From the NCBI GenBank assembly GCA_047967505.1, contig CM106538.1: 64,000 nt of DNA. The stretch is one strand, 5' to 3'. The DNA is from Dipteris shenzhenensis. Its lineage: Eukaryota. Shown piece after piece: positions 13,801 through 26,855 of the stretch. How positions within the stretch are numbered: the stretch's first letter is position 1; each line of letters opens with the position of its first letter. The position numbers and the translations under genes were made by a program. Below the pieces are notes generated by a model. The model worked only from the letters and a program-made list of their open reading frames with translations. It made no database searches and was not told the origin of the DNA.

Positions 13801-14650
13801 TTGACTCAGAATAAATCTACTTGCCTACACCCATCAAAATTTGGCATAGACAGTATTTGCACAATTGTTTGTGTCCACTAGCCTTCCTACTTTTCCTCAT
13901 AATGCATATACCTCAAGCGGGTTGTCCACTACCTGATACATCATGCCATCTAGTCCAAAATACCTATCTCCATGGTAGGATACCTGCGGTCTATCTAGGA
14001 AATACACTGGATGGTTTTCAATGCAAACTAAGAATCTACCAAGAGAATGTTGGTTTATCTTTGCTTAGTATGCGTTTACGTATTGGAACCCAAGCCACAT
14101 TTTGGCTTGGTTTGGCTCATGATTCACACAAAAATTTGTGAGGTGTTGAGGTTTGACTACCCCTTGCCAAATTTGAGCCAGAGTTCAACAAATTTCAAAA
14201 CTAATTCTCCATCCTTGGCTCTAAACTAGTAGGCCCACTCTGCATTATAAGTCTCTTATCCTGGCATTTGATACATCTTGTCCATGTTGCCACTACTTAA
14301 CTAAGATATTGCACTTGATTTTGGCCTTTAAGCTCGTAGGTTTTGATTGTTTTTCTCTGGTGTAGAGTAGCCACGTTGTGGATGCCATGAGGGTATGTAG
14401 ACCAATTGATGCCCCGGGAAGTAGCAAGCTAAGAGTGTCCACTTTTTGTTCACTCCCCAATCCTTAGGAGGTGGAAAAACAAGCTTTTTAGCACACAAAA
14501 ATGCAAATCTCACCTACTTCCCTATGGATCTAGTCTTTGAAGTCTTCAGATACAACATCACACTTGCTATTGTGCACACAATCATATAGTCTGATTGAAA
14601 ATTCAATGCACACACAAAAAATTTCTTTGTGTCACACGGCATGGTTCCAG
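10900..14650 (-). mobile_element. Degenerate Ty3/gypsy gag-bearing element (family A, copy 1)
   Basis: FIANGGVRLFDEPKPKPQEPKAKICIKCDGNHDLMDCP zinc knuckle (12085-12348). Gag fragments near 13100-13200 match those at 50350-50500 and 57240-57420. Many stops. Boundaries approximate. Confidence 0.75.
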
Positions 14651-15207
14651 GGTGGTCACACCTTTATCACGAACAGAGAGTGTCATATTAAATTCTAAAT
14701 TTCTCACTCATTTTAGATTAAATGTTATTGAAACTTTGTAAGTGGTCTCTTTACATTATGTAGAGCTTAACTTGATTTATTGGTAATTTTTTGAATGATT
14801 TATGTAATTATAAATAATTATTTATAATAAATAAAGTCATAAAATACATGCATTTTAGTAGCACACCACATTTTTTTAGTATTTTGAATAATTAAGCAAA
14901 TCCAATTCGGTGGAAGGTTAGTAGGCACATAGGGGTATGTGGTTGAATCATCAAATCCCAAATCCAACGGCTAGATTTAGGAAGATTGAAGTTTAATTTT
15001 TACTTTTACTCCTTTGAGGATCAACAAAGAATATTAAAAATAAATCTAGTAATTCTCAAACATGACCAAACATTTCAAAAATGTCAATTTTTTTAGTCCT
15101 CTGCATGATGAATAAGAGGAAAAAAATTTGGTTAAATTCGAATAAGGGAAACGTACGATATGGCCTCCAAGAGTGAAATCTCCCTTTTGTGGGGGAAAAA
15201 GGGCCAC

Positions 15208-15251
15208 CCAAGCCTAATACCAAGACAAGGTAGGCTTGGTATTAGGCTTGG
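15208..15251. repeat. 17-bp perfect-stem hairpin CCAAGCCTAATACCAAG-N10-CTTGGTATTAGGCTTGG
   Basis: Direct reading of the inverted repeat. Confidence 0.85.
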
Positions 15252-15339
15252 TGAGGTAGGCTAGGAGCATCACCGACCCTAGTGGCAATCCTTTGGAGTG
15301 TTCATGCTGCGCATGTGGAAGGCTGAGTCATCAAGGAGA

Positions 15340-15660
15340 TGTGACATCACTCCTTGCCATGTCACCTTACATTGCCACACGTGCTACCACATCAGCCACA
15401 TGTGCCACCTCATCATTCCATATCATAGGAACTCTTGGAGCCATGTCATCACACCTTGCCACCTTGGCATACCCCGTCAACCTTGCCACATCACCAATCC
15501 CTCCACCTCAATTTGCCATGTCAATCTAGCACCTCATGAATGCCAACTCATCTTGCCACATCACATTTCCACGTCATGGAAGAGACTCATATATTCCACA
15601 CCATATTGCCACATCATGACCATGCATGGTGCCACATCAGCCACATGTATACACATCATG
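15340..15660. repeat. Dense (T)GCCACATCA-type short repeats, resembling plant DNA-transposon subterminal repeats
   Basis: More than 10 GCCACA/GCCATG/CACATCA motifs upstream of the transposase. Confidence 0.6.
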
Positions 15661-15679
15661 ATGTGCGCAAGGCATAAAA

Positions 15680-15852
15680 TACCTCAATCGAGGTTTATGA
15701 CCACGATGTGCGAGCCATAGAATACCTCGATCGAGGTTTATGACCTGCGTGAGGCATAGAATACCTCGATCGAGGTATATGACCGTGGGGGTATGTACCT
15801 CGATCAAGGTTTATACCTACATGAGGCATTGAATACCTCGATCGAGGTATCT
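15680..15852. repeat. Five tandem copies of an 18-bp palindrome ATACCTCGATCGAGGTAT (~35-42 bp period)
   Basis: Copies at ~15680, 15722, 15761, 15795 and 15833. Two are perfect palindromes. Confidence 0.85.
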
Positions 15853-16094
15853 GTAGGACAAAACTGGAATAAAATCAAACGATGCAAATATTCGAAATTA
15901 ATGTTGGATTCCAGCCAATTAGTTTCAATCTTAGCACCTTCTCCACCAATAATAATGAAGAGCAATCTAAGAGCAATCTAGTGGATGAGGTTAGGCTCTC
16001 TATAAGACACCACGTTTTGGTTCATTTCACCCATTCTTAGCCATTCTTGCCTCCTCATCACTTTGTCACACCTTCCATCCTACTTTCATTGAGA

Positions 16095-19044
16095 ATGGGT
16101 TCTCAAAGCCGTAGAGCTAGTAGACGTGAAAGATGTAGGAACCCCCCCCCAAATCTCATTGATGAGGAGCACAAGCGGAAGGCTTGTGAGCGCAAGAGAG
16201 CCTCTAGAGCTAGAGCTCACGCTGCCACCACCGATCCACCTCCACCTCTACATCCCACCTCCACCTCCACCTCCACCTCCACCCCCACCCCCACCCCCAC
16301 CTCCATTGTCCTCCCATCCTCATCTGCTCCCCTACCTCCAGCCTCTGCCCTTCCCCTACCTCTTCCCCCTCCCCCCGTTCCCCTTGGCGCCTCCACCTCT
16401 ACCTCTTCCCCCTCCACCCTCCCCCCTCCCCCTCCCCCTCCCCCCGTTCCTCTTGGCGCCTCCCTTCCCCCCTCCACCCTACCATCTCCCATTGATCCCC
16501 TTGCCCCACCTTGCAGCAGCAGTGTTGCTTCACGACGTGACTTGCCGAAGTCCACTATCCGTCGTCGTACTAGCAAGATTGTGCACTCTTTTTTTGTGAC
16601 CTCATGCCAACTTCGCAGTCTTCTCTTCTCACGTCCCTCATTGATCACCTTGACTTGGTAGAGTGTAGGAGGCTTGCTGGTCTTGGTGCATGTAGAGATA
16701 GGGTTGTATGTAGCGAGGTCCTTAGCAGTGTTCGACGTTCCTATGCTTCTATTAAGCATAGGAACTCCACTGATGCCTTGGCAGCACGTCGTGCTATCGT
16801 GGCTGCCATTAGTAGACCTCATATGATAGGCCATGTGCGTACCACTTCACGTCTTCTTCAGATTGCATCGCTCACATTGCGAGCAGGCATGATTAGGAGG
16901 CAGAGTCTAGAGGATAGTGAGACTGATGCTCTTTGGGCTTCGAGTGGTCCTGCACCTCGTAGCAATCGATTGTTGGATGATTCCACTAGGTCCTTCATAC
17001 AATAGTTTTGGGAGGAGCATTGCAGAGCATCCCCGGTGTTCAAGAAGGCATTGCGGAAGAGGGTGTCACGCGGTGTGTACATTGAGCATGGTGCATGTTT
17101 TTTCGAGTGTACCCAGACTGAGTTGTACACTCAGTTTGTAGAGGCACACCCGGAGTTCAGGATTGGGCAGAGGTCATTTGAGCGATGCAGGCCATGGTTT
17201 GTGTGATGCTTTCAGGAGCGTGACACATGCTGTTGCCACTACCATGTGGATTTTGGATTGATGTATGACGTATTCCATTCCCTTGATGGTCATAGGGGAG
17301 TGGTTCCTACTAGCCCTCGTGACTTCATTCATTCCATATTGTGTACACGAGATGGTGATGCTTTATTCCACTCCCTTGATTGTGTGGAAGGCCGGTGTAC
17401 TTTGTGTGGTGACTTTGCTAGAGTGCCACGAGTTGCACTAGATACTTGTCATGTGCAGATGGTTCGTTGGCAGCAGTATGAGTACAGTACCTTGACATTA
17501 GATGGTGGTGCATAGTCGAGAAGGTTGTAGCTTGTGGGGAAGGAGACACCATGTGTTGTATTCATTGACAGTTTTCGAGGGAAGTTGTACCGCTACATAC
17601 GCCACTCGCACACTGCGAAATGGGAGGATCATCAGTTCCATGCATGTTTGAGGACATTTCCTACAGGGGTGGTTGTCTCAGTGGTGGACTTTGCGGAGAA
17701 TTACACCTTTGCACCATAGCATGAGATCCAATCGGAGTATTATTTCTTTGAATAGGTGAAGTGTGATGGAGTATTGATTTTTTTATAGCCTCATTATATT
17801 GAATTATTTCAATAGTCATATTTTTTTTCAATGCCATATTGCAGGTTGCTATATTGGTGCACATTAGTTATCGTCATGCACAGGCTCATGTGGATGGCAT
17901 TGATAGCACCATGGACTCACACGTCATTGTGCGAGAGTATCACTTCTACATTAGTGATGATCGATCGCATGATGCCCATTTCGTGCTGCATTGCTTCACT
18001 TTGCATGATAGTTTCTTGAGGGATCATGGTGTCACATGGCAGCGGCGCTGGATCTGGTCAGATGGCTATGGTGGTTAGTTCAAATCTGCTAGACAGTTTT
18101 ATTGGTTCTGCAGATGGCACCGTGAGATAGGCATTCCGATCACATGGAGCTACCTCGAGACAAGGCACGGTAAGGGAGAGCACGATGGTGCAGGTGCTTG
18201 CGTGAAGCGTGCTTTGCGTCGATACCAGTTGCGTCACACTGCTGATCGCTTCAAGGATGCACATGATGTGGTATGGTGGTGCAGCCAGCACTTATCCACT
18301 AGTGCTATCTCCTCGTTTCAGTCGCGTGACGATAGGGTGGTGAGCCGGTATTTTTGGTGCGTGGACATTGGGAGTCTTGATCGGTCTAGGCCTTTTGATT
18401 GTCGTTCAGTGTCTGGCACTCTTGATTTCCATTCCATCAGGAGCATAGGTGAGTCTCACCCCACGATCTTTTCTTGACGGTTTGCATGTTTTTGCTCTAC
18501 ATGCATTGATGATGATTGGGGAGGGTGCTCCATGATACCATGGGCCGATCCATGGGTACGGCGAGTGCTTTCTCCCTTCCAGCCTTGGGAGGAGGTACAT
18601 GATGATCAGGATGCGGGATTCAGTTCCTCTAGAGATTATGACCATCTTACAAATATGTTGCGTATTGGTGATATCTTCGCGGTTATTGCTTTGGAGGACA
18701 ATGAGGAGGGTGTGGATTATTACTTGTTGCGATGCTCTATTCTGAAGAGTGTGCTGAATGAGGATACAGTGGATGGGCATGGGATGCACTTCAATGCTCA
18801 TAGCATGATCGTAGGTGGCCACTATTTTCAGTAGATACAAAGGCGTGGTCGCTATATTGAGTTCCAGGAGTACATGGCGAATCAGGAGGCATACATGTAT
18901 TCTCATCTTGTTGTTGCGATCAAGATTACTTTGAGTCGTGTTCGCACTCGCAAGGCGACGTCCACTCCACGATGGCACCTTGCAGTGGCAGATCACAAGA
19001 GCATACTTGCAACTATTGGCATGAGAGCTGATCCTGAGGAGTAG
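16095..19044 (+). mobile_element. Disrupted DDD-type transposase gene, Sola-like (probably Sola2 type), with one intron (17756-17844)
   Basis: Motifs SVVDFAENY..EIQS, FYISDDRSHD, IWSDGxGxQFK, WSYLETRHGKGEHDGAGACVKRAL. Cys-rich upstream region and a Pro-rich N-terminus. Multiple CAG>TAG and CGA>TGA stops and a frameshift near 16600. The superfamily name is recalled from motifs, not searched. Confidence 0.7.
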
Positions 19045-20459
19045 CACATTACATATCATATTTTTTAAGATCATCAGTTGATCAGATTGATTTTTATTGG
19101 GTATCACTAGTTGATTACGCATTTTTGTATTCGATATGTATAGGCTCACTGTGTGACCGTACCATTGTAATTTTCATGGACTCATATTTTGTATTTCACT
19201 CTGATGGTTGTATACACGTTTATACACATCATTGTATTAGATTCTATTTTATACATGATGTCTGATGTCTTCTCAATGGGATTTGTTGTGTTTGTAAAAC
19301 AAAAAATTGTTTATTAGTAGTAATGTTGTAATTGTGTTTTGTGCTTTAGGACATTTAAAAATGTGACTAAGAAAATTCGTGCACGTACTAATGAAATACG
19401 CGTGTGGACTTATTTGTTGGTCCCTATTAGCATGACTACGTATGAAAAATGATACACGTACTAACGAAATACATGTGGACATTTTTGTTGGGGATGTAAC
19501 TTTGCACGACTCTTAGGCCACCCTAGACATACATCCATGCAAGATTTGGTCTCCAACTAATCTCTTAATCTAAAAGAGAAGACATTTGATAATATTTTAG
19601 GGAAAAAAATGACTTAAGAGTAGAGTATTAATACAATTACAAAATAAGCGTGAAAAGAATCCCATCCACCGCTACACCAAATGCGAGCTCCCTGTCCTAT
19701 TTTTATCATGCTTGTATGATGTCACTATGGCACTGAGACATACTTGCTACCATTTTATCCTTTATCCAATGGGAGGGCACTGTTTCACTCCCTTCCATTG
19801 GTGGATATTCCGTAAGAATCAAATTAATGATTATTTCTTTCTTCCCCTTATCCAAGTTGGGGAAGTGGACCATCACATCTTCTTGGAAGGATGTGTGACA
19901 TAGATCTCTAATATGCACCTTAATGGCAGAGCTGCCTTCAACTTCAATGACGGCCCCATCCACACTTGTAGGTCTACAACTTGTGCACAGAGTAACATCG
20001 TAGCAGTGACGTGAACTATGAGAGCCCACGCTCATGGGTGTCAAGGTGAGAGAATCAATGGATGGTCTCTCCTATGAAGGTGTGGAAGCATATGATCCTC
20101 CTCGCCATGGGTCTACGTGGTCGACCACGATGATGAGTGGTTGAGCGTGCGGAGGTAGGAAAAGAAATAGGTGTGGCTTTTGCTATGGGAGGTTGCGTTG
20201 TTGTAGCGCTTGTACCCCTGAACATACGTGAAGCTATATCATATTGCTCACTAGTACACTATGCCAGAAAGTCCACAAATTGTTGAGGACTCATAAGCCT
20301 TAGAGTCATAGAAGGAGTAGGTACTGCTGCGGTGATTGGTGTAAAGTTTGGTGTATGACCTGGTGTTTCTGACATTGCTACAAATTTTCAAAAAATACAG
20401 AACATATTTTACTAAAGATTCTATCTCTCTCTCTCTCTCTCTCTCTCGCCCCCTCTCTC

Positions 20460-21700
20460 TCTATACATATCTTTTTACATACATATCTATGTACATACAT
20501 ACCTACATAGGTACATATCTACATATGTAGATACATGACTAGATATCTACATGCATACCTACATATCTATATACATACATGCATATATATGGTATATACC
20601 TACATACATAACTACATAAGTACATACCTACATATTTACAAATCTACATATCTACATATCTACATATATGCCTATGTATCTAAATGCATACCTACATATC
20701 TATATATACATACATGCAAACCTAGTGCTCACATATCTTTCTACATACATACCTACATAAATACCTACGTACGTATATATCTTTCTACATACATATCTAC
20801 ATACATACATACCTACATGCATACATATCTACATACATACTACATATCTACATGCAAAACTACAAATATGTATACATACATGCATACCCACATACTCACA
20901 TATTTCTACATACATGCATGCATACATACATATGCACGTATATAGATACATACATGCCTACGTATCTACATGCATACCTACATATCTATATACATACTTG
21001 AATACCTACGTACTCACATATATATCTACTTACATACATACATGCATGCATACATGCATACATACACATATATATATATACATGCATACCTACATAAATA
21101 CATATCATCATACATACATACATACATACATACCTACATACATACATATCTTTCTACATACATACCTACATACATACCTACGTACATATCTACATACATA
21201 CATATCTACATACATACATACATACATATCTAGATACATACATATGTACATATCTTCACACATACATTCATACTTGCATACATACATATCTTTCTACATA
21301 CATACCTACGTACATATATATCTTTCTACATACATATCTATGTACATACATACCTACATACGCACATATCTACATACATACATACATACCTACACACATG
21401 CATATCTTTCTACATGCATACATACCTACATACATACATATCTTTCTACATACATACCTACGCACATATATATCTTTCTACATACATATCTATGTACGTA
21501 TATATCTTTTTACATACTTATCTACGTACATACATACCTACATATGTACAATTCTACATACATATCTACGTACATACATACATACTACATACATACATAC
21601 ATATCTACATACATACATGTCTAAATACATACCTACACAGCTACATACATACATACATACATATCTTTGTATATATGTACATAAAATATATACCTACATT
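20460..21700. repeat. Degenerate (TACA)n/TACATACC low-complexity array
   Basis: Direct reading. The H/T/Y/I-rich ORFs here are artefacts. Confidence 0.95.
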
Positions 21701-21702
21701 TA

Positions 21703-22335
21703 TAATCTAAATCCTAAATCCTAAATGTAATCTAAATCCAATACAAAACCTAAACATAAACCTAGACCTAGACCTAAACCTAAACATTAACCTAAACCTA
21801 CGAATATCTAATATAAGCTTAAATCTAAATCTAAATCTAAATCTAAATCTAAACCTAAACCTAAAACTAAATCATAAAACCTAAACCATAAATCTAAACC
21901 TAAATCTAATTATAAACCATAAACTATAAACCTAAACCTAAATTTAACCCTAAACATAACCTAGACCTAAACCTACGAGCATCTATCCTAAACTTAAACC
22001 TAAATCTAACCCTAAATCTAAACCTAAACCTCAACCTAAACATAACCATAATCCTAAATATAAATTACTTACATATCATGTACATACCTATCTACATATA
22101 TATAATATACATGCATAAATGTAATGTACATACCTATCTAGAACACTTATAATAATCTACATACATATATCATACATCCCTCTCTACATACATATAATTT
22201 AAATAAATCCTAAACTATAAAGCTAAACCTAAACCTAAATCTATACCTAAGTGTAACCCTAAACCTACGAGCATCTAACTCTAAACCTAAACCTATGGGC
22301 ATTTAACATAAACATAAACATAATCTAAACCTACA
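21703..22335. repeat. Degenerate (TAAACC/TAAATC)n hexamer array
   Basis: Direct reading. A recurrent AAACCTACGAGCATCTA module is embedded in it. Confidence 0.9.
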
Positions 22336-24374
22336 TCTTTCAAGACATCATCAAGGTACATTTTATAACACTTAATATGTATATATATGATGTCAAGTGG
22401 TTTAGGGTTGTTATTAAAGGGCAACAATCGACCGTGTGACGAGATAAGAGTGGATTGATCCAAATCGACTCCACAAAACTATGGACATATTAAAAGGATA
22501 CTTTTGTTTTGCCAGAACACGGTGAGCAAGTGGCTTTGAAAGAAGATCCAAAAGATAAAAGATGGTTATTCATTATTGAAGTTTCCCCTCGCAAAAACCA
22601 ATTCTTGTAATGTGTAAAAGAAACATTTGGATTAAGGAGATAAGGTTTACTATGAGTAGTACTATACTTGTGTATCAAGTGGGCAAGGCTATATTTCAGG
22701 AGCTTACACCGTGCTCAATTCTTGTCAGAAGGGTATGTAGGTGATTGGTTTTCGTTCCCCTCGTCGAGCTCTTCTTCTTGATGCTAATAATGCATGCAAT
22801 GTGTGTGCTTTGGTACACCCTTCCCTCATTGGGTTTATGCTTCTAATCTTAGTTTTTGGCATGTTTTAGGCTTGATTTATGTTCCATAATAGTTGGGAGA
22901 GTGTTTCGCACATGTAGGTTACCATTTCGAGCCATAAAGTGCTCTAGGTAAAAACGTACGAGGAACAGATCGTGATATCTATTCATGCACATCCTCCCAT
23001 GATTATTGGGGTCCTGCCTTGCTTGGGGATATACCTTGCATTTATATGAACATGATTTTCTAGCTTGGCTGCATGTTAGAAATCCGTACGGGTGATTAGA
23101 GGGCATATGGGTGTCATATCCATAGGCTAGACATAGTTTGCTTGAGACTTTAGATTTCTAGTATCCTCATCCACATTTGACACATGTGGGAAAGCCTCCA
23201 TTCCCTAGTCAGGTTAGTTACATCCTTGAGTTTGATATTTTGTTGGCTAGACTACGATGTCTGTTGCGGAAAACCGCTAACACAGAGTGTGAGGTAGGTT
23301 TGAGAGTAGAGATTGGATTGGTGGTTTGAGGGTGTAGGGGATAGCTCCATATCCTGATAGCCTGTGTTGATTGTTTGAAAGCTTGCCATAGCTCCATAAC
23401 CTATGTTGATCGTGTGTGCCTCTATGAGGATGTGTTGATGGTTTCCAAGCTTGCCCTCATTTCCTAAGTATGTGCGCTCTCTCACACACATTGGATTCAT
23501 GCTTCCTCTGCCACATGCAATACAATATATACAAGATCTCCCTCGTAGTAACCATTTGTTGTAATGGCATGTGTGTTTGCATTGTGGTCATTCAGGTGTT
23601 GTAGAGGCAAAAGGTGAGGGTGATGTTGGTTAGAAGCATCTCCTTGATCTGATGCAAGAAAGCCCTTGTCTGGCTCATGGTCTTCATGCATTTATAGTAC
23701 TAGGTCAATGGTAAAGTGGTCTTCTTCATCTAGAGGTCTCAATAGGTTGATATGTGCTGCCAGTTTGTCCTTGTAGCATTCTTTCCTTGGTGATTGAGGC
23801 TATTGTCCTTCTTGGGTCACATCTGACCTTGATGTGGAAAATGGAGGGGGTCATTTTTTCCTCCTTGAACATTTTGTAGAACTATGTTAGCTGCTTCAAA
23901 ATCCGACCTTCATGTGGAGAATGGAGGGGGTCATTTTTTCCTCCTTGAACATTCTATAGAGCTATGTTTGCTACTTTAAAATCCACCTTGCTCTCATCGA
24001 ATGCAAGTAGAGGGTCATGATGGTCAAAGACTCCTCCATTGTCTTCTGCACCTCCCTCTCTACTTTGTCGGAGCAGGGTGTTCGGAGGGTCCACATTTCC
24101 TCCTCTTAGATGCAGGCCATCATTTGCATATTCATGGCCTGCATCTTCTCTTTTGGTTATAAGAAACACCAATCCCAGCTTTGTTTGTGTGTCTAGCTCA
24201 AAGGATGCCCTAACTACATCTTGGCCGATGTGTCGTTTTTGAGGCGTTTGTTAATTATTGGCTATTGGGATTCAATTGACTACAGATTTGAGGGTGATTG
24301 TGTTTGGCATGGTCTGTGTATGTGTGTGCGGTTTATGGTATGGAATGGATGGTGCTAATGGTTCCTGTATTGCT

Positions 24375-24935
24375 ACCCCCAGGGCTACTAACAGCATGGC
24401 TTCAAAAAGGGGAGGAAAAGAACCTTATGGAAAGAAGATAGTAGAGAGCAAGCTTGTGGCTGATCTGGCACTCAATGCAATGGAGACCACACCCCCACAT
24501 GTTATCTGATGCACTCCCTGGTTGAGACTAGATAAGCAAGGTCTTGAGATAGATGCAACAGAGACAACACCTCCAAATTTTATCCGATGCAGTCCCTGGT
24601 TGAGAGAAAAGAAGGATCTATGGATAGACTAAAATGTCACCCCTATTGTAGTGGAGACACCCCACCTACAAACTTCAGAAATCATCAATCCACAACCTAC
24701 CCCCAGGCTTGCTAACAACATGGCTTTGAGAAGGGGAGCAAATGAGCCTCATGGGAAGAAGATAGCTGGGATCAAGCATGGGGCTGAGTTGGCACTCAAT
24801 GCAACAGAGATCATACCTCCAAAAGTTATCTGATGCAATCCCCGACTAAGAGATAAGCATGGGATAGACTTAAATGCCATCCCTGTTGGAGTAGAGACAG
24901 CCCAACTACACACCCCAATATCTATCAATCCAAGG
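24375..24935 (+). repeat. Diverged ~325-bp tandem duplication with an internal sub-repeat encoding ATETTPP-VI-like peptides
   Basis: 24375-24530 resembles 24702-24855 (SMASKRGGKEPYGKK..LALNAMETTPPHVI vs NMALRRGANEPHGKK..LALNATEIIPPKVI). A third partial unit lies at ~24550-24690. Confidence 0.75.
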
Positions 24936-26220
24936 CCTAAGAAGAAGCAATTGACTGCATTTGATGAGCAAGAAGAGGATGATAGGAAGCATGGCAGAAG
25001 CAAGTGGATTGTTAAAGGGGTATTTTCTAGAAGTTATGTTTTAGTTGGTGTCTTTTAGTTACTTTTAAACTTTAGTCTCTATTGAGTAGTGTTAAGTAGT
25101 TGGGAGTTCTTGGTCTATGGAAACCGAATTTTAGTTGGTTAAATAGAGCGTCTAAGTTGAAGTTTGTATCAAGATTAATATTGGAAGTTGCACTTCTGGT
25201 CTTCTTGTGTCTTTTGCAATTTAGGCGACTGCACTCTGTATGCAACAACTTCCTGCATGTTTTGGTGCTTGTAATGGTGCTATATGATTGTTTTCTGTTT
25301 AGAGTTTGAGGAATAATGGCCTCAAACACTTTGGCAATCCTGCTAAGTGTGGAATTTCCCTAGATATCTATTGGTGCTAAGAAGTATGATGCCTTGCTGG
25401 TGAGGAACCTCTATGAGGCATGACTTTTAGAGGAATTCTTCCCGCTATTGCCTAGCAACCTTAAATTAAGGATTGCATCCTCGATGAAGCGGTTTCAATT
25501 AAGCTGGTTGGCTAGGTTCATATACTAGACCCAGAGAGGTTCTATGAGATTTGGGGCAGCCACTGGATCTTATGCCCTGCACGTGTATTGTCAAAAGCAA
25601 ATGATTTCTTATTTGTATATCTTTGAGCATGTGCACAATGCATGAGTGATTCCAATGATGGTTCAAATCTTCCTCAATATTCTTATGGAGTGAGGTTTTA
25701 GAGAAGGAGATGGGAAATTCTTCTTTAAGCTCGAGAAGCAAGGGCAGTAAGTGCACTGGAGGGAGACATACCTGAAGTTGAGGCAATGCCCAGGGTGTCT
25801 TCAGAACCTCAGGAACAGCAAAATGTTTAATTATTCCATAACGAGGGGTTAGGGACTCCGAAGCAGGGAGAGATTTCTTCGATCCAAGTTTTCTAGTCCT
25901 TGTATGCTTGTATATTTTAGTATCATGAAGCCAATTAGGACTTGTTTGTTTGTATGTGTGGGTCTCACCAGAAAGAGCTTTTAGAAGCTTTTTGGGCAAA
26001 TAAGAAGCAACATGTAGCTATATGTGATAAGCAGTACATAGCTATATGTGTGTCTATGCATGTGCACACATAAGAGGTGTGTGCGTGATACCATAAAGAA
26101 AGGAGGGCATGGAGTTGGAGTTGCCACCCTGACCATTAGGTTTGTCATCTATACTTCGAGCTAAGTTTGAAGCTATAGCAAATGGATTTTTATGCTTTCT
26201 CACTTGCATTTAGTTGGCCA

Positions 26221-26855
26221 TATTCAGCCGTATTGGTTGGATCCATGCACGGGGCAAGGCTATATTGTAAAAGGCGCAAGAGACTTGACAATTGTATGGG
26301 GAGATGACGAGCATTATTGGCATTGGCTCCCACAACTTGATTCTTGGATTGTCTCACAGATAGAAGACACTATAATATTACTTAAATTGACTCCTTCGTC
26401 TTACTAATGCTAGGCATTTTTCTTTTATCAGGTTTCCTGAAAGTGCCCACTTGCATCATGTATGCTAGTTTGAAGTACGTGGGGACCTTGACAGCATGTT
26501 TATGCCAAGGGGCTATACAATGTCATTCCGGATAATGTTTGTGGACCTAAGATCTAGTTGGGTCAGAGCACCTGTGAATCTCTCTCTCTCAACATCGGAT
26601 GGTCAATGTAAAGAGTCTCAATGTTTGTTCATTGGAGATCAAGCTTCGCTTGTAAGCTCGACTACTATGGCCTGCGTGAGATCATGTGGAACTTAGATGG
26701 AGCTTGATGTTGGTGAGTTTCATGTGGAGAGGGAGATGCGACTAAAGGTGAACTTTAGCATGATGGAGATTGTTGGTGGACGGTGGAAAAAGGGGGTTAT
26801 TGTGGATGGTGTTAAGATTCAGCCCACTAGAGCCATTATAGAATTTATGGCATAA
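26221..26855 (+). pseudogene. Phloem protein 2 (PP2) lectin-domain pseudogene, possibly F-box/PP2 with a decayed upstream exon at ~25316-25690
   Basis: YWLDPCTGQGYIVKGARDLTIVWGDDEHYWHW...|FPESAHLHHVC*FEVRG...MELDVGEF...FSMMEIVGGRWKKGVIVDGVKIQP matches the PP2 consensus. TGG>TAG stops at ~26466 and ~26694. Confidence 0.8.

Noticed and set aside
16126-16834. Extensin-like poly-Pro ORF and Gly-rich antisense ORF
   Set aside because: Alternative frames of the C-rich transposase N-terminal linker.
19706-20044. 112-aa minus ORF, possible transposon accessory protein
   Set aside because: No diagnostic motif recognised.
20535-21724. Long His/Thr/Tyr/Ile ORFs
   Set aside because: Translations of TACA repeats.
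14676-22375. Candidate TIR pair (GAGTGTCATA vs TATAACACTT) for the Sola-like element
   Set aside because: The match is too short and imperfect, and no convincing TSD was seen.
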